Notes under the pieces: model-generated
Databases searched by the model: none
What the model saw: only the letters and a program-made list of their open reading frames with translations
Told to the model about the DNA's origin: nothing
Program-made: the position numbers and the translations under genes
Source of the DNA: an uncultured Rikenellaceae bacterium
GTDB taxonomy: Bacteria; Bacteroidota; Bacteroidia; Bacteroidales; VadinHA17
NCBI GenBank assembly: GCA_964634565.1
Contig: CAZWLP010000005.1
Location: 4,946-68,945 of the forward strand
Reading direction: 5' to 3'
DNA length: 64,000 nt
Shown: one piece after another, positions 63,314 through 64,000 of the stretch
Position numbering within the stretch: position 1 is the stretch's first letter
Layout: each line of letters opens with the position of its first letter

Positions 63314-64000
63314 TCCGCCTTGATTTTTATATTATTCCCTGCTATACTTAACTTACTTACTCCTGTTTCGGTAATTTCAATATCAGACCTTACTTCACGT
63401 GTTATAAAACCACCTATACGGTTTACAGATCTTGACTCAAGCACTATTAATGAAGGAGATATTTCACTGTCAATACTTTTATACTCAAGGCTGAACTTTG
63501 ATCTGAGAATTTTGAAAAATGGTGCAAGAAAGTCCTGGAAGAACAGTATCCTTTTCCTGAAAAACAGGTTTGCGGGATAATAATCCTCCAATTCAACATT
63601 ATCGTAAAATCCCAGCTGCACCCTGTAAAGAGATAGATAATACCAGTAGAGGAAACTATCTTTGCTGCCTTCATAGTGTCTGAATAATAACATATTACCA
63701 TCATTCTCAAAGTAAGCAACAGAACTTCCCCGGCTACTCCTTATATAGGAATTATTAAACTCATCCGTAAAAACCTCCCATTTCTCATCCCACTGCACAT
63801 CATTATAATCGATAACATAATTAAATTGTCTTCCAGGCACGAGATTAAACGCTTCTTTCAGCAGATCTGTTGTCTCCACGTTCATAAGCTTCTGACCTTC
63901 TTCAGGATAAGCATAATTTTTTAGCTTAAAACTATTATTTTCACTTAAAAGATAATATCCAATCGGATAATTAAGTGTCTTGGAGCCTATATACGGACTA
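63301..64000 (-). CDS. hypothetical protein (probably truncated by right window edge)
   Basis: The track gives 194 aa from ATG 63885. The same frame stays open upstream to the window edge (SPYIGSKTLNYPIGYYLLSENNSFKLKNYAYPEEGQKL-MNVE...), so the true start may lie outside. I recognised no family. Confidence 0.45.
   Translation of the reverse strand, partial: SPYIGSKTLNYPIGYYLLSENNSFKLKNYAYPEEGQKLMNVETTDLLKEAFNLVPGRQFNYVIDYNDVQWDEKWEVFTDEFNNSYIRSSRGSSVAYFENDGNMLLFRHYEGSKDSFLYWYYLSLYRVQLGFYDNVELEDYYPANLFFRKRILFFQDFLAPFFKILRSKFSLEYKSIDSEISPSLIVLESRSVNRIGGFITREVRSDIEITETGVSKLSIAGNNIKIKAECKG

Noticed and set aside
1-64000. Mobile element, prophage or defence island
   Set aside because: No integrase, transposase, recombinase, phage structural gene, restriction/modification gene, helicase-nuclease pair, reverse transcriptase or toxin-antitoxin pair was recognised. 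Gene content and tight packing look like core chromosome.

Overview
This is an AT-rich, densely packed chromosomal segment. It reads as core genome of an anaerobic, peptide-fermenting member of the Bacteroidota. Supporting signs are the gldF/gldG gliding ABC genes, the surE-lpxB block, TAnnTTTG -7 promoter boxes with no Shine-Dalgarno spacing, and DUF3078/DUF4340/DUF1080-type families.

I can support 56 protein-coding genes. Two are cut by the window edges, and many overlap a neighbour by 4-17 nt. I found no rRNA, tRNA, CRISPR array, integrase, transposase, phage gene or recognisable defence gene.

Functional themes:
- Housekeeping: purB, dnaN plus a DEDDh exonuclease, pheT, gmk, nadD, lpxB, surE, ugd.
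- Futalosine/menaquinone pieces: mqnA and a UbiA-type prenyltransferase.
- An archaeal-style amino-acid fermentation block: aminotransferase, four-subunit 2-oxoacid:ferredoxin oxidoreductase and ADP-forming acyl-CoA synthetase.
- Next to that block: [FeFe]-hydrogenase maturases hydE and hydG, a tandem TM1266-like regulator and Rex.
- Tryptophanase, two M14 carboxypeptidases and a PLP decarboxylase.
- An accessory-looking right end: a Tat-exported Gfo/Idh/MocA oxidoreductase, a 1127-aa HEAT + 2xDUF1080 protein, and an uncharacterised TPR/beta-barrel operon.

I do not see a clear-cut new multi-gene system. The most unusual signals are non-coding:
1. A family of strand-asymmetric 7/8/14-nt tandem word arrays sits exactly at stop codons or just before start codons and places stops in all frames.
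2. Two of these arrays form a perfect 28-nt inverted repeat bracketing the MATE-yicC genes.
3. A terminator-like hairpin with a T-tract lies only about 15 nt upstream of the aminotransferase ATG, which suggests an attenuator.
4. A 20-bp hairpin plus T-run is oriented against both flanking genes.

All calls come from reading the sequence and ORF track and from remembered family motifs. No searches or computations were run.
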